64,000 nt of DNA from a virus. A model generated the notes under the pieces. The model searched no databases. It was not told the DNA's origin and saw only the letters and a list, made by a program, of their open reading frames with translations. Of this stretch, positions 9,659 to 20,400 are shown piece by piece. The DNA is taken from IMG/VR virus record IMGVR_UViG_3300028840_003168; one strand, 5' to 3'. Position 1 is the stretch's first letter; each line of letters opens with the position of its first letter. Made by a program: the position numbers and the translations under genes.

Positions 9659-11716
9659 GTGCTCACTGTCTCGTACATCAACCCTTCGGGGTTATTTAGC
9701 TATGGTTTGTCGGACAGTATTATGTTCCCGCAGAACAGCCTTATCCATATGATGGGGGTAAACGAGGATCGTGGCGGTTGCTCGAACGCTGCGGGTAAGA
9801 CCGGGCTTCTGAATACCATTTGTGAGGTGTACTACGGGGAGAACCCTACGAGGGTAAGCGGAGCCGGTGCAGTGAACCGGGTATGGGATCATGGCTGTGC
9901 GGGTCGGTCGGAGTTCGTTTCCTGGGAGAATGTGTTTTACCGGATAACTTATTGTCGGGACTGGAAGGACGACCTTTACGCAAATGATTGTGGTATCTCG
10001 TACAGAGGTACCGACCTCTTCTTTGAGGCCTGGGACGGTGAGAGGTGGGTGGACCGCCGCGGAGCCAGCATGACGGAGACCCGAAAGGCCATTATCAAGG
10101 CCGTAGGGCTGTCCTACAGCCGGTTTCTCGCCATTTCCTACCTGAGCCATAGGGTGGGCGTGAAGTTCCTCAGAGGGACGAATAAGGAGCGTGACGACAT
10201 ACTCTCGGGGATAACCGGTGTGGAGGAGTGGGACTCGATTACCTCCAAATGCAGAATGGCCTCGAAAGGTATCGATGGAGAGATTGTCGAACTTCGCAGG
10301 GACCAGCTTACGAAGCAGGGTGCTTTGGAGGTACTTGAAACCAGTGAGCGTACATTGAAGGAGCAGGATTGGGGCGAGGCTATCCGACTCAGGGAAGGCG
10401 AACTCAGTTCATTCGGTAAGCAGCGGGATGATCTCAATGCGAAGGTACTTGAGGTGTCAGGTACCATTGAGCAGATGCAGCAATCGACTACGCGAACCTA
10501 TGATGAGGACAGCCGCATACGTCAGATCGATACCGAGGTATCTCAGCTCCGTACCCAGGCGGATACTTTAGCCAGGACTCGGATCACTGTGGATGACTTC
10601 GGTATCACTGTGATGGAAGGGGAGCGTCACTCCTATTACATCGAGATGACCAAGATTCAAGGTGCTATCCTAAACCTGGAAGGCGAAACCACCCTGGCGG
10701 CTATGGAGAACTGCCCAACTTGTGGGAGCAAGATAACCAAGGCCAAGAAGGACAAGATACAGAAGAAACTCAAGAAGTTGGAAAAGGAACTTGAGGTACC
10801 TAAGTCCCTGATGGAGGAGACCGATGTGAAACTGGCCGAGGCCCGTACCCGCCAGGAGGAGCAGCGGGTGGCTAAAGAGCAGCAGAGGGACACCCAGATA
10901 GAGGAACTCAATGAGAGGGTAAGGTTACTCGGTATCGAGAGATCGCAGGTTGAGGCGGCTTCCTTGAAGCTCCAGGAGGAGCTGGTTGCGCTTAAGAAGT
11001 CTATGAGTGATCTTGAGGTAGCTATTTCAAGGGTGGATGCCAACATAAAACTTACTCAGGCCAACCTTGAGATTGCCCAAGGGAAGGCTCAGGAACTCCA
11101 GGTACTTGAGTCTAAACTGTACAACACCAGGGAGGAACTCAATACCCTGGAGAGTAAGATAACCGAATGTGAGGGCCAGGTGGCCGTGTACAAGTGGCTC
11201 ATCTCGAACATACCTTACATCAAGCTGCACAAGCTCTCGGTATCGATGGTGGTACTTTCCGAGCGTGTGAATCAGTATCTTGCGGATATGGGTAACTCGA
11301 TTCGGGTAGGTATCAGTTCCTTTGCAGAGAAGAAGTCAACGAAGGGTGCCGCCGATGCCACGGGTACCTTGAAAAGCGAGATTAAGGTTGAGGTAACTGA
11401 CGGGGTAAAGAACATCGACCCGCGGCTGTACTCGGACGGCGAGGCTGGAGCCCTGTCCAGTGCGCTTATCCGGGCGCTCCATGACCTTGCGATGCAATTT
11501 GGCCATGGCTGTAACCTGAAGCTCCTGGATGAGGTATTTTCGTTCATAGACCACGATAACAGTCAGCTCATGGCATCCAGTTTCAGTAATGGCCAAGGTA
11601 CTACGATAGTGACAGATAATTCCGGTCGGGCATCGGGGCTCATGGATTTCGATACCGTCTGGGTAGCTCGGAAAAGAAATGGAAAGACCACGTTGGAGGT
11701 AAGCAATGGATCGTGA
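9659..11716 (+). CDS. SbcC/Rad50-like SMC ATPase
   Basis: Walker A SNAAGKT, coiled coils, zinc hook CPTCG, signature YSDGE, Walker B LLDEVF. Confidence 0.92.
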   Translation: MLTVSYINPSGLFSYGLSDSIMFPQNSLIHMMGVNEDRGGCSNAAGKTGLLNTICEVYYGENPTRVSGAGAVNRVWDHGCAGRSEFVSWENVFYRITYCRDWKDDLYANDCGISYRGTDLFFEAWDGERWVDRRGASMTETRKAIIKAVGLSYSRFLAISYLSHRVGVKFLRGTNKERDDILSGITGVEEWDSITSKCRMASKGIDGEIVELRRDQLTKQGALEVLETSERTLKEQDWGEAIRLREGELSSFGKQRDDLNAKVLEVSGTIEQMQQSTTRTYDEDSRIRQIDTEVSQLRTQADTLARTRITVDDFGITVMEGERHSYYIEMTKIQGAILNLEGETTLAAMENCPTCGSKITKAKKDKIQKKLKKLEKELEVPKSLMEETDVKLAEARTRQEEQRVAKEQQRDTQIEELNERVRLLGIERSQVEAASLKLQEELVALKKSMSDLEVAISRVDANIKLTQANLEIAQGKAQELQVLESKLYNTREELNTLESKITECEGQVAVYKWLISNIPYIKLHKLSVSMVVLSERVNQYLADMGNSIRVGISSFAEKKSTKGAADATGTLKSEIKVEVTDGVKNIDPRLYSDGEAGALSSALIRALHDLAMQFGHGCNLKLLDEVFSFIDHDNSQLMASSFSNGQGTTIVTDNSGRASGLMDFDTVWVARKRNGKTTLEVSNGS

Positions 11717-12089
11717 AATAGGACTGGGTGAGGTATCAATAGTTACTGTGGGTCAACGTACCTTTATCGGCAGGCTTGAAGGTGAGGTTGGCGAGAAGTC
11801 TGTAATGAAAGAACCCATAGTCATGGTGGAGATGGTGCAGATGGACCCGAATACCAGGCAACCTGTGGGTGCGGCGATGGATTTACGAAAGCCGTGCATC
11901 GCCACCGCGGTACCGCCGCAGATCAAGCTGATACCTGAGATTGTTCAGGTTCTGGATAACAACGATGGCAAGGACGCACTGCTTATTCAGAGTTATCAGA
12001 ATGCGGTGAACAAGTATTCTCTTGAGGATGCCGGGTTCACGGCCCCGACGCCCGAGGATATCAGGAAGGCGAATATTGGGAAAGCATGA
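11706..12089 (+). CDS. Hypothetical protein
   Basis: SD GGAGG; overlaps the sbcC stop. Confidence 0.7.
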   Translation: MDREIGLGEVSIVTVGQRTFIGRLEGEVGEKSVMKEPIVMVEMVQMDPNTRQPVGAAMDLRKPCIATAVPPQIKLIPEIVQVLDNNDGKDALLIQSYQNAVNKYSLEDAGFTAPTPEDIRKANIGKA

Positions 12090-12338
12090 CGCACAGCTTC
12101 GACGGGAGAAGGCCTCGGCCAAGGCGGTCAAGGTACAGCAGAGTGCAGACCGGGTGTCCTTTCGGGTTCAGCAGGGTGACGTTCTTATTTTGAGTGGGCC
12201 TTACCGGGATCGCTGGGTAAGGGAGTTGTTTGCTTTGGGTGCTGTGGAGCGCGATTACATTGTTAAACACCTGTGGTCTACCGGAGACCCGGAGGTTGTA
12301 GCCATAATCAACAGTATGGTGTGTCGATAGGAGAGGAA

Positions 12339-12875
12339 ATGAAGAACATTCAATTTTCGGATAAGAGGAAGTTTTTCTATGACTGCGAGTTCATGGAGGA
12401 GCCGGGGTACCTCAAGCTGATCAGTATTGGTGTGGTCGGGGAGCAACCTGCCCAGGAGTTCTATGCGTGTAACCTGGACGCGGTACCTGGGTTCAAGAGA
12501 GCTAATACCTGGGTGAAGAACAATGTACTCCCGAGATTGCCCGATATTAATCATTCAGTGTGGATGTCAGAGGAACACATCAGGGATAGCCTGTCTCAGT
12601 TTATCGGGTACTCGGAGTCGAGGCCTGTCGAGTTGTGGAGTTACTTTGCCGATCACGACCATGTACTGCTGTGCTGGTTGTTCGGTAGGATGGTAGACCT
12701 CCCAGACGGCATGCCGCAGTACACGATGGACATCAAGCAGCTGGCTGACCATATGAACATTCCTGGTAATAAGCTTCCAGAACACAAAGGGGAGGCCCAC
12801 AATGCTTTGGAGGATGCCAAGTACCACAAGGAACTTTTTGATTACCTGGTGACCCAGGCCAGATTTGATTTGTAG
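12339..12875 (+). CDS. DEDDh 3'-5' exoribonuclease (Rv2179c/DUF5051-like)
   Basis: FFYDCEF, LISIGVV, DHDHV..LFG.M..LP, HNALEDA. Confidence 0.85.
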   Translation: MKNIQFSDKRKFFYDCEFMEEPGYLKLISIGVVGEQPAQEFYACNLDAVPGFKRANTWVKNNVLPRLPDINHSVWMSEEHIRDSLSQFIGYSESRPVELWSYFADHDHVLLCWLFGRMVDLPDGMPQYTMDIKQLADHMNIPGNKLPEHKGEAHNALEDAKYHKELFDYLVTQARFDL

Positions 12876-13322
12876 ATGGGTAAGAAGGAAATCAGGTTTG
12901 TGGTCAAAGGTAAGCCATGGGTACAGAAGAACAACCTTCAGATCCGAAAGCGAAAGTTAAAGGGAAAATGGGTACCTTTCATCGACCATTCCGACAAGCT
13001 AAAGAGTATCCGGGACCAGATAGCCATCGAGATGTACTCGCAATATCACCGACAAGGCCTAACCAAACCTATCGATTACCCAATCGAAGTGGAGTTCATA
13101 TTCTACTGCAAGCGCCAGTGGGAACCCGACCTGGACAACCTGCCGCAGATATGGCTGGACGCGGCCCAGGGGGTCAAGGCCAAGGGCGGATTGAAAATAG
13201 CAACCATTCTGACCGACGACAAGTTGGTCAGGAAAGAAACCAGCGAGAAAATCATGGAAGGAGATCCCCGTTATGACGGAGAACCAAGAACCGAAATCAC
13301 CATCCGAAGATACACCTTCTGA
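12876..13322 (+). CDS. rusA: RusA-family Holliday junction resolvase
   Basis: PDLDNL...LDAAQG...DDKLV, C-terminal PRTEITI. Confidence 0.8.
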   Translation: MGKKEIRFVVKGKPWVQKNNLQIRKRKLKGKWVPFIDHSDKLKSIRDQIAIEMYSQYHRQGLTKPIDYPIEVEFIFYCKRQWEPDLDNLPQIWLDAAQGVKAKGGLKIATILTDDKLVRKETSEKIMEGDPRYDGEPRTEITIRRYTF

Positions 13323-14589
13323 GGATGCAGAGGTATCCGAGGCCACCGGCACAACTGCATCGACGGTGGAGATACCTGAAGGAAGTTCAGGCGCGACTCC
13401 TGAACTCGTAGAGGTGCCCGAGGAGGAACGCCTTCCGCCCTTGGACCCTGGCGGGGAGCTTATCGTGGAGCCATTGGCCCAGCAGTACCGGGCGGTCATT
13501 AAGGACCTGGACTATGAGGTACTTCGTGAGATGTTCGACAGGTACTGGGATGCTCATGGTGAGGCCATTGCCCAGAACTCTCGGGTGAAGACCCGGAAGA
13601 AGAAGGGCGGTAAAGCGGGTAAGAACGCCAAAAAGGTACTTGAGAGCAGCATGGGTTTCAAGAAGCTCTACTCCGAGGTACTGGTCCAGCATGTGGTTTC
13701 CAAGATAGGGGATGTTCTGCATATCAGTGCCATGGAACTTCATGACTTTAAGGAGGGCGCCAAGCCGGTCATTATCGTGGCGTTCTATTACCTTCCGAAA
13801 CTGGAGGTTGACGAGATCAACCTCGATGTACCCTATCAGATGCGGGTGGACGAGGAGAAGGAGTACCGCGGATACTGCGAGTACACCTTACTTCAGAATC
13901 GAACCTTAGAGGATTTCGATGGGGATGAGATCGACCCGTACCACAATGTTCTGATGGATGTGACCGCCACCATGGACGGTCAACCTTTCGAGCAGGGTTC
14001 CTTGAGGATGCAGTGGATGGACTTAGACCGGCACCCTAACAAGACCTTAGTCAACGCCATCCTGGAACATAAGAAGGGTGATCTGTTCGAGACTGAGTGG
14101 CTCCACGAGGGTAAGGTTGTCTCTGCCCAGGTGAAGATACATGCCCTTCAGACGATTACCTACCCGGAGCTGGATGACGAGTTCGCCAAGGATTTGGAGT
14201 TCGACAGTCTGGATGCTTTCAAAGAGAAGTTTATCAATGATTATCGGGAGAACGTAGAACGCCAGGAAGAGGCCATGGCGATTGATGGTATCATCAGCAA
14301 CATTGTTGAGTCAGTGACTCTCCCTCCGCTTCCCGAGGAGTGGGTGGAGCATAAGTCGGCTGCCGCCGTGAATGAGCATATTCGGCGTGTAGGTAACAAA
14401 AAGAGGGCTCTCCTGTCCGTGGGTGCCAAGGACGAGAATCAGATGCAGGCCAGGTTCCGTGGTCAGGTTTACAGAACTCTTGTGCAGCAACTGGCGGTGA
14501 AGGCCTACGCTGAGAAGTATGACCTAGGCGATGAGGAAGAGGACATCAAGAAGCACATGAAAGAGCATGTTAACTGGATTAAGAAATGA
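13273..14589 (+). CDS. Trigger factor homologue (divergent)
   Basis: FKBP-like DVTATMDGQPFEQG, YPELDDEFAKDLEFDSLDAFKEK, C-domain LPEEWVE; length 438 aa. Confidence 0.75.
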   Translation: MTENQEPKSPSEDTPSEDAEVSEATGTTASTVEIPEGSSGATPELVEVPEEERLPPLDPGGELIVEPLAQQYRAVIKDLDYEVLREMFDRYWDAHGEAIAQNSRVKTRKKKGGKAGKNAKKVLESSMGFKKLYSEVLVQHVVSKIGDVLHISAMELHDFKEGAKPVIIVAFYYLPKLEVDEINLDVPYQMRVDEEKEYRGYCEYTLLQNRTLEDFDGDEIDPYHNVLMDVTATMDGQPFEQGSLRMQWMDLDRHPNKTLVNAILEHKKGDLFETEWLHEGKVVSAQVKIHALQTITYPELDDEFAKDLEFDSLDAFKEKFINDYRENVERQEEAMAIDGIISNIVESVTLPPLPEEWVEHKSAAAVNEHIRRVGNKKRALLSVGAKDENQMQARFRGQVYRTLVQQLAVKAYAEKYDLGDEEEDIKKHMKEHVNWIKK

Positions 14590-15173
14590 GACAGATGGTC
14601 GAATGTTCGAGTCCGGGGTGCTACGAATGTTTCTTCGTGGGTAAGGATAAACCGGGGGTGGGGCATCTTTTTTGTAAAAAATGCAGGGAGGAACATTCTT
14701 ACCACGTACTGGTGGTTCAGGCTGAACATCAGGATCAGATACGCAAAGTGTTACTGGATTCCAGGGTGTTCAATACTGCTGCCGGGATGGCCGACTATGT
14801 TGGGGTTTCCTTTGTGAGTATCTACCACTGGATTCAAAGGTACTTTGGGATGACCTTTCAGGAATTCCGTCGAGAACATATCTGCAAATCGGACAAGTGC
14901 TACCTGCTGGACATCTCTGGATCTCCCTACAGTCGTGGGGATTACGTTCTCAAGAAGATTAAGGACCGGAGGTACTGTGCCTGCATCAATGAGCTTGGTC
15001 GGAGCCACATGATGACCAATGCACCTTTTGATTTGGTATCCCAGATTTTGGGTACGAAACTCAAGATTGTGGGGTTCCTGTATCGACGTCCAGACCAGGT
15101 TTCCCCTATCCGTATTCCGAAGGTAATCAAGCCGATATATCTTAAAAAGTTCCCCGAGCCGATTTACATTTAA
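14586..15173 (+). CDS. Cys-rich protein with HTH-like segment, putative transcription regulator
   Basis: CxxxxC...CKKC, then MADYVGVSFVSIYHWIQRYFG. Confidence 0.55.
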   Translation: MRQMVECSSPGCYECFFVGKDKPGVGHLFCKKCREEHSYHVLVVQAEHQDQIRKVLLDSRVFNTAAGMADYVGVSFVSIYHWIQRYFGMTFQEFRREHICKSDKCYLLDISGSPYSRGDYVLKKIKDRRYCACINELGRSHMMTNAPFDLVSQILGTKLKIVGFLYRRPDQVSPIRIPKVIKPIYLKKFPEPIYI

Positions 15174-15230
15174 TTTCCAAATTCCACTTCTGCTTAAATT
15201 TCCCTAATTTACTTGTTATAAGATACACGT

Positions 15231-15572
15231 ATGAAGGCTGTAGAGCTACAACTCCTTGAGCAGTTGGCCGAGGAGTACGGGATTTTTGAAAAAATGGGTA
15301 AGCGCCGACGTGTGGCCCAGGATGTTCTTGAGAACTCAATGTGGGCCAACATGATTAACGGCGCGTTGAAAGCCCTGGAGACCATTGCCATCATGAGTTT
15401 GGACTGGAAGTTGACGGCGATAGTCAAACTTTTACAGAGCTGGCTTAAAGACCAGCGGGAGAAGCAGGAGCAGAAAAAACAGGAGTCGGAGTACGGTGCC
15501 GGGTATCATTCGGATACTTACGATCAGGGCAATGCTTACGACCAACCTTATGGTGGAGGTACCTATTATTGA
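15231..15572 (+). CDS. Hypothetical protein containing the KRRRVAQ linker-type motif; probably leaderless
   Basis: TGtTATAAG extended -10 about 8 nt before the ATG; no SD. Confidence 0.65.
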   Translation: MKAVELQLLEQLAEEYGIFEKMGKRRRVAQDVLENSMWANMINGALKALETIAIMSLDWKLTAIVKLLQSWLKDQREKQEQKKQESEYGAGYHSDTYDQGNAYDQPYGGGTYY

Positions 15573-15599
15573 AAGTAACCTCGCTATGTGTTAAGGTTA
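15569..15599 (+). promoter_or_regulatory. Sigma70-like promoter overlapped by palindrome TAACCT-N12-AGGTTA
   Basis: TTGAAA-N17-TAAGGT; inverted repeat at 15576-15599. Confidence 0.55.
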
Positions 15600-15620
15600 T
15601 TTCATAGGTGGTGATTAAAA

Positions 15621-16472
15621 ATGAATAGAACAGCCAGAAAACAGAGACTTGCCCGTGCCAAACGCAGGGCTCATCATTTGTGGAAAGGGGCTGAGGAAGA
15701 CGGCAGGCCGGTTATTAAACGAGCGCGGCCTGAAGAGGAATTTGAAATGTCTATGGAAGCAGGACGTGGGAAGCGTGGTCGCAGGACTGCCGGTCGGAAC
15801 GAGGTGTCGGATCTGAATGCCGTATACTGGGGTCTGTTCGGGGCTTCCTTGGTGGACAGCAAAACCCTTTCGAGCGATATCCCTCGTTCGGTAGCGAATC
15901 AGTTCAATCGGACTGCTCGTCGGAATGCTGGCAACTTGCCGAGGGTTCTTGGATGGTCGAAGCTCGGTACCGCGTTCGCTACCGCGGACATTGCTGGTAT
16001 TCGTAAAGACATCTCTTTCGGGATGCAGACCAGGTTGGCATCCAAGTATTTCAACGTGCCCTTTCTCGCTGCCGCAGACATAGTCTACGACATGGAAGGT
16101 GTGGACCACCGTCAGGTCAAGCAGGCTATCGACATGATCCGTGAGGGCAGGCGCCGAGAGGCGGTTAACCGGTATGGCGACTTGGCCATGGAGCTTTCCC
16201 GCATCTACACCAAGTACAAGGATGCCAAGAACCGCAAACTGGCTATCGACCGATCCGCTAAGGAATATTGGGAGTCGTACCTGGGTCCTTTCGGCCAGGA
16301 GATGGTCCGCGAGATCAAGAAGCGTGTTCGTGCTGACCTCGCCAAGGCCTGGATGCGGAAGCACGGTGTTGACGATGCCGCTGCGGAGTACTGGGCCAGC
16401 TACTACGGGGAATACGGTGAGAAGTGGGTCTCCGTGGTCCCGAAGATGATCTCTCCCAAGAGTGACGATTAA
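15621..16472 (+). CDS. Hypothetical basic protein with two AxEYWxSYxGxxG repeats
   Basis: AKEYWESYLGPFGQ and AAEYWASYYGEYGE; SD AGGTGG. Confidence 0.75.
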   Translation: MNRTARKQRLARAKRRAHHLWKGAEEDGRPVIKRARPEEEFEMSMEAGRGKRGRRTAGRNEVSDLNAVYWGLFGASLVDSKTLSSDIPRSVANQFNRTARRNAGNLPRVLGWSKLGTAFATADIAGIRKDISFGMQTRLASKYFNVPFLAAADIVYDMEGVDHRQVKQAIDMIREGRRREAVNRYGDLAMELSRIYTKYKDAKNRKLAIDRSAKEYWESYLGPFGQEMVREIKKRVRADLAKAWMRKHGVDDAAAEYWASYYGEYGEKWVSVVPKMISPKSDD

Positions 16473-16484
16473 GTCTTCCAGTCC

Positions 16485-16721
16485 ATGGAAGATCCTTTCG
16501 ATAAAGCAAAAGAATCCATTTCAGAAGGTTCTCAGGGTAAGGTAAAACGCCTGCTCGACTTAATGTTCGATAAAGATTGCCGTAAGGACGAAAACTGCGA
16601 GGATCTTCTAAGCCCCTGTTGTTCCGGGGGCTTGCGGGTTGTGTTCGGTTCATTTCCTGTTGAAGTGGAATGCTTGATTTGTGGTTCTAAAGCAATTCTT
16701 CGTGACCTCGTTACCTCGTAA
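16485..16721 (+). CDS. Small Cys-rich hypothetical protein
   Basis: SPCC...CLICG. Confidence 0.55.
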   Translation: MEDPFDKAKESISEGSQGKVKRLLDLMFDKDCRKDENCEDLLSPCCSGGLRVVFGSFPVEVECLICGSKAILRDLVTS

Positions 16722-16800
16722 AAAAATCGAGACAGCTTTAAAGATCACCACTCGACGGTGGTATATTAAACTTTGAAAAACACTTGAAAGGGCTAGAAAT

Positions 16801-17412
16801 ATGCGAAACGTGAAACAAGACCTAGCAAACGCTTCTGGTAAAGTTGTGAGTGATATTGGTGGTGGCCGTTTAGCTGCCATGTACGCGCAGAATGCTGCTG
16901 CGCGTAGAGCGTATGACCGTGGGAACGAAGGACGCACCCATGACGACCGTGTTGTTCTGGAGAAGCTCCGTGCCATGGTAGAGCGTGGCATCGAGGAATC
17001 CGACAAGAAAGCTGTCAGCGGGAGCCTCCCGGTGAACTCGGTGTTCAATGCGCTTCAGATAGTTAATGAGAACAAAGAGATCAATCGGGACGTTGGTCTC
17101 AAGGCTTTGAAAGGTCACCTGGAAGCCAAGTGGAAACGTGACCGTACAGCCAGTATCTCTGCCGACGACTACAACCAGATTCGAGAGACGTATACGAGAA
17201 ATTATCCCCGTTCAGTGGTTGGCTCTGTGATTGATGAGATCGGACAGCAGGGTTACGTGACCCTTCCGTTATCGGATCTCATGCATATTGCCAGTAAGAT
17301 TCGTACCCAAGGGGATTTCGATAGGCTGATGAGGCGGCACGGGCTTCATACCAATCAGCTGCACCATAGAAAAGCCCGGAACTTCATCCTTTCGGTTGTC
17401 AACGGACGATAG
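16801..17412 (+). CDS. Hypothetical protein
   Basis: 203 aa ORF downstream of TGGTATATT (16759-16767). Confidence 0.7.
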   Translation: MRNVKQDLANASGKVVSDIGGGRLAAMYAQNAAARRAYDRGNEGRTHDDRVVLEKLRAMVERGIEESDKKAVSGSLPVNSVFNALQIVNENKEINRDVGLKALKGHLEAKWKRDRTASISADDYNQIRETYTRNYPRSVVGSVIDEIGQQGYVTLPLSDLMHIASKIRTQGDFDRLMRRHGLHTNQLHHRKARNFILSVVNGR

Positions 17413-17434
17413 GTCTGGAAAAAGGAAGCAAGAC

Positions 17435-20400
17435 ATGCCTAAGAATAAATCTATGCGAAATGGTCGTTTCACTCCGAGTTCAGTGGTCAATCGTATCCTT
17501 GATGGCAAGACGGTGACCGCGAATGGTTGGTCCATCGGCATTGACAACAATGACAAGGTGGTGACCTGGCCACCCCGCGGCGATGGGTTCATGACCACCA
17601 TGGCTAACATCGACAAGGCGGCGAAGGACTTCTGCAAGCAGGCAGAGATGCCCATGCCCAAGCCCTACACAGAGCCTGGAGATGCTGTGAGTGTCCCGAA
17701 GAGTCCCGGCCCTGACAGCGATTCCAAGAACATCTCCACCCCGAAGAATTACGCGGACGGCTCCGAGAGTTCCATCAGCGTTCCCAAGAGTCCCGGCAAG
17801 GACACTGAGACCGATCACTTCACCAGTCCTGCGGTGAATGAGGGCGTAGCTCCGAAGGGACCAATGACCGACACCAGCCTGGGCAGCGATTCAGATTCCA
17901 GCGAGTCAGGTATGGGTAAGGATATCAAGCAGACTCCTGACGGGGTGAAGGATGCTCGTCGGAGGCAGGCTGCGTTCATGGAGCCTATGGTGTGGGAGAG
18001 TGACTTTTACGCTATCGATGGTGGTATGGGTACGACTTTTGTAGAAGTTGATGTTGTGGGTGATATCCCTGTTACCGATTTAGAAGCCTTTGGAGACTAC
18101 TATGAGGGCGGTTTTGAGGGGATTGAGGAAGTTGAAAAGGTGCATGGGTGGGGATCTCAGATGTCGGCTCCTGGGTATATGGATCAGACTGATCTTAGTG
18201 TTTATGATACCAAGGAAGAAGCTATTGAGGCTCTGTTTGAGTACTACATGACAGATATGGGTGAGTTGGATGAGCAGTACGAAGAGTATCGTGACGAGTA
18301 CGAGAAGTATTACCTCAAAGGCGAGAAAGAAGCCCGTCGCAAACCCGCCCGAAGACGCCCTGCTCGACGGAGGGCTCAGGGAGATGATTGGTCCGACGAA
18401 CAGCACCAGGTTTGGGATGCGGTCGAACACGCGCTAGAGCAGTTGAACGCAGCTGAGTATGATCGTCAACGGGGTAAAGGTAAGAAGCCCTTGAAACAGT
18501 TCCATCCGAGTCCTGAAGGTGAGTTTTTGGAGGATCTTCGTCAGCAGTACATGCGAGGTGAGGTAGACGCTGAGACCGTAATGGCTACTTTGGCTAACCC
18601 TGAGCTTTGGGAAGCTCGATTTGGTGCGGCTCAAAAAAGAGCAAAAATCATCGACACCTTCTCCCAGGAACCTGATGGGAAAGAAATCTACGCCAACCTC
18701 ACGATGGCCCGACCGTCCGAAGCACTCCTGAAAGACATCGCGGACCCAGACAAATGGCTGGCCACCCAGACCATTCGTGCCATGGAGGAAGATGTAGAAG
18801 CTGGGTGTGGTGGCGGTCCTGGCAAGAAACGCAAAAAAGAGGAAGCCGAAGCTGAGATGGAAGCTGGCTGTGGTCCTCCTGAGAAGAAATCCTTTCGTAG
18901 GAAAGGTCAGTCCGATGATTACGATGTGTACCTGAAAGATGAGATTCAGGGTGAGTGGCTCTCGGGAGACAAGGACAAGGCTCTGGAGATGCTTGCGGGA
19001 GCCGATGATTGGATGACTCTTTTTAACGCGATACACCAGGGCTTGAAGTTCGCTACCCCGCAGGAGGGTACTGACTGGCACTCTGCCGTGCGCCAGTACA
19101 TGGAGTCTATCGGTAGGGACATGACTGCTCGACGCAGACCGCGCCGGTCGGTTCGCAAGAGGGGTCAGGATGAAGAAAACGGTGAGTATCCGATAGACCT
19201 GTATCTGGTGGTGTCTGACATTACAGAGTACATCAGTGGTCAACCTGAAGGAATAAATGTCACGGGTGCCTATGAGGTGCATTTAGTGGACGCTGCCGAA
19301 CAGACCCATCTCGCGGAAATGACCCCTTCATACTACGGACGTTTTGTCGGGTTACAGGCAACCGTTGATGACTATGGTGCGCTTTCGGAGGAACAGGCAG
19401 AGGCTCTGAACGACTATGAAATTGAGTTGTCAAACTATACTGAGTCTGGTGACTATTTCCGTGAGGCGGATATCAAGTCTGGTGTTCCTTACGACAAGGC
19501 GACGGTCTCTGGCAAAGAGGAACGTGACGAGTACATAGAGGATACGGTCGAATACCTGCAAGGTAACACTGCTGATTGGGAAAACGCCATTGATGAGGTT
19601 GCTCGTAAGAAGACTTCCAAAACCCGCCGATCCTACGAAGAACCCGGCGCAGATCGCAACCTGGACGTACCCGATGAGTTCATTGCGATGGAACCCCCCA
19701 AGACTCCCAAGGACAAGGAAGCCCGTCGCCGCAGACGCTCCCAGGATGAGGGCGGTGTCTACACCTTCGACCAGCTCGACGAGAAGGCCAAGGAAAAAGC
19801 CCTTTACTGGTTTTTGGAAGATGCTGATGTCTTTGAGTGGGAGGCTGAATACGTCATCGACGACGCCAAGGAAAATGCCCCTGCCGGTTTTCAGATAGAT
19901 GAGATTTTCTACAGCGGTTTTTCGTCGCAAGGCGATGGTGCTTCCTGGACAGGTTGGGTGGATCTCGCAGAGTGGGCCAAGGCCACTAATCAGGACGAGG
20001 GCATTATCAGACTCGTTGAGAGTGAGGAGATTGAGTCCTCTGCCAAAGTTACACAGGACGGGCGTTACTCTCATGAAAACACTATGGATGTCGAGGTTGT
20101 CATAGACCGTTATGAAGCTGATGAGGCTTCTGGCATGAGCGGAGACGAAATCGAGGCCAATGCCGACCAGTTACAGGAGGCTGTGCTGGATGCAGTAAAG
20201 GACTATGCCAGAGAGATCTATAGCAGGTTGGAGCAGGGCTACGACCATGTCTATAGCGAAGAGAACCTGAGCTACCTGGCTGAGGCGAATGAATGGGTGT
20301 TCAACAAGGACGGTACCTTTGCTTGGGACAAGAGCTACGATGACCTGATCACCCATCCTGATCAGATGAAGCTTCCTGGGGTAAAGGGCAAACGCAGACG

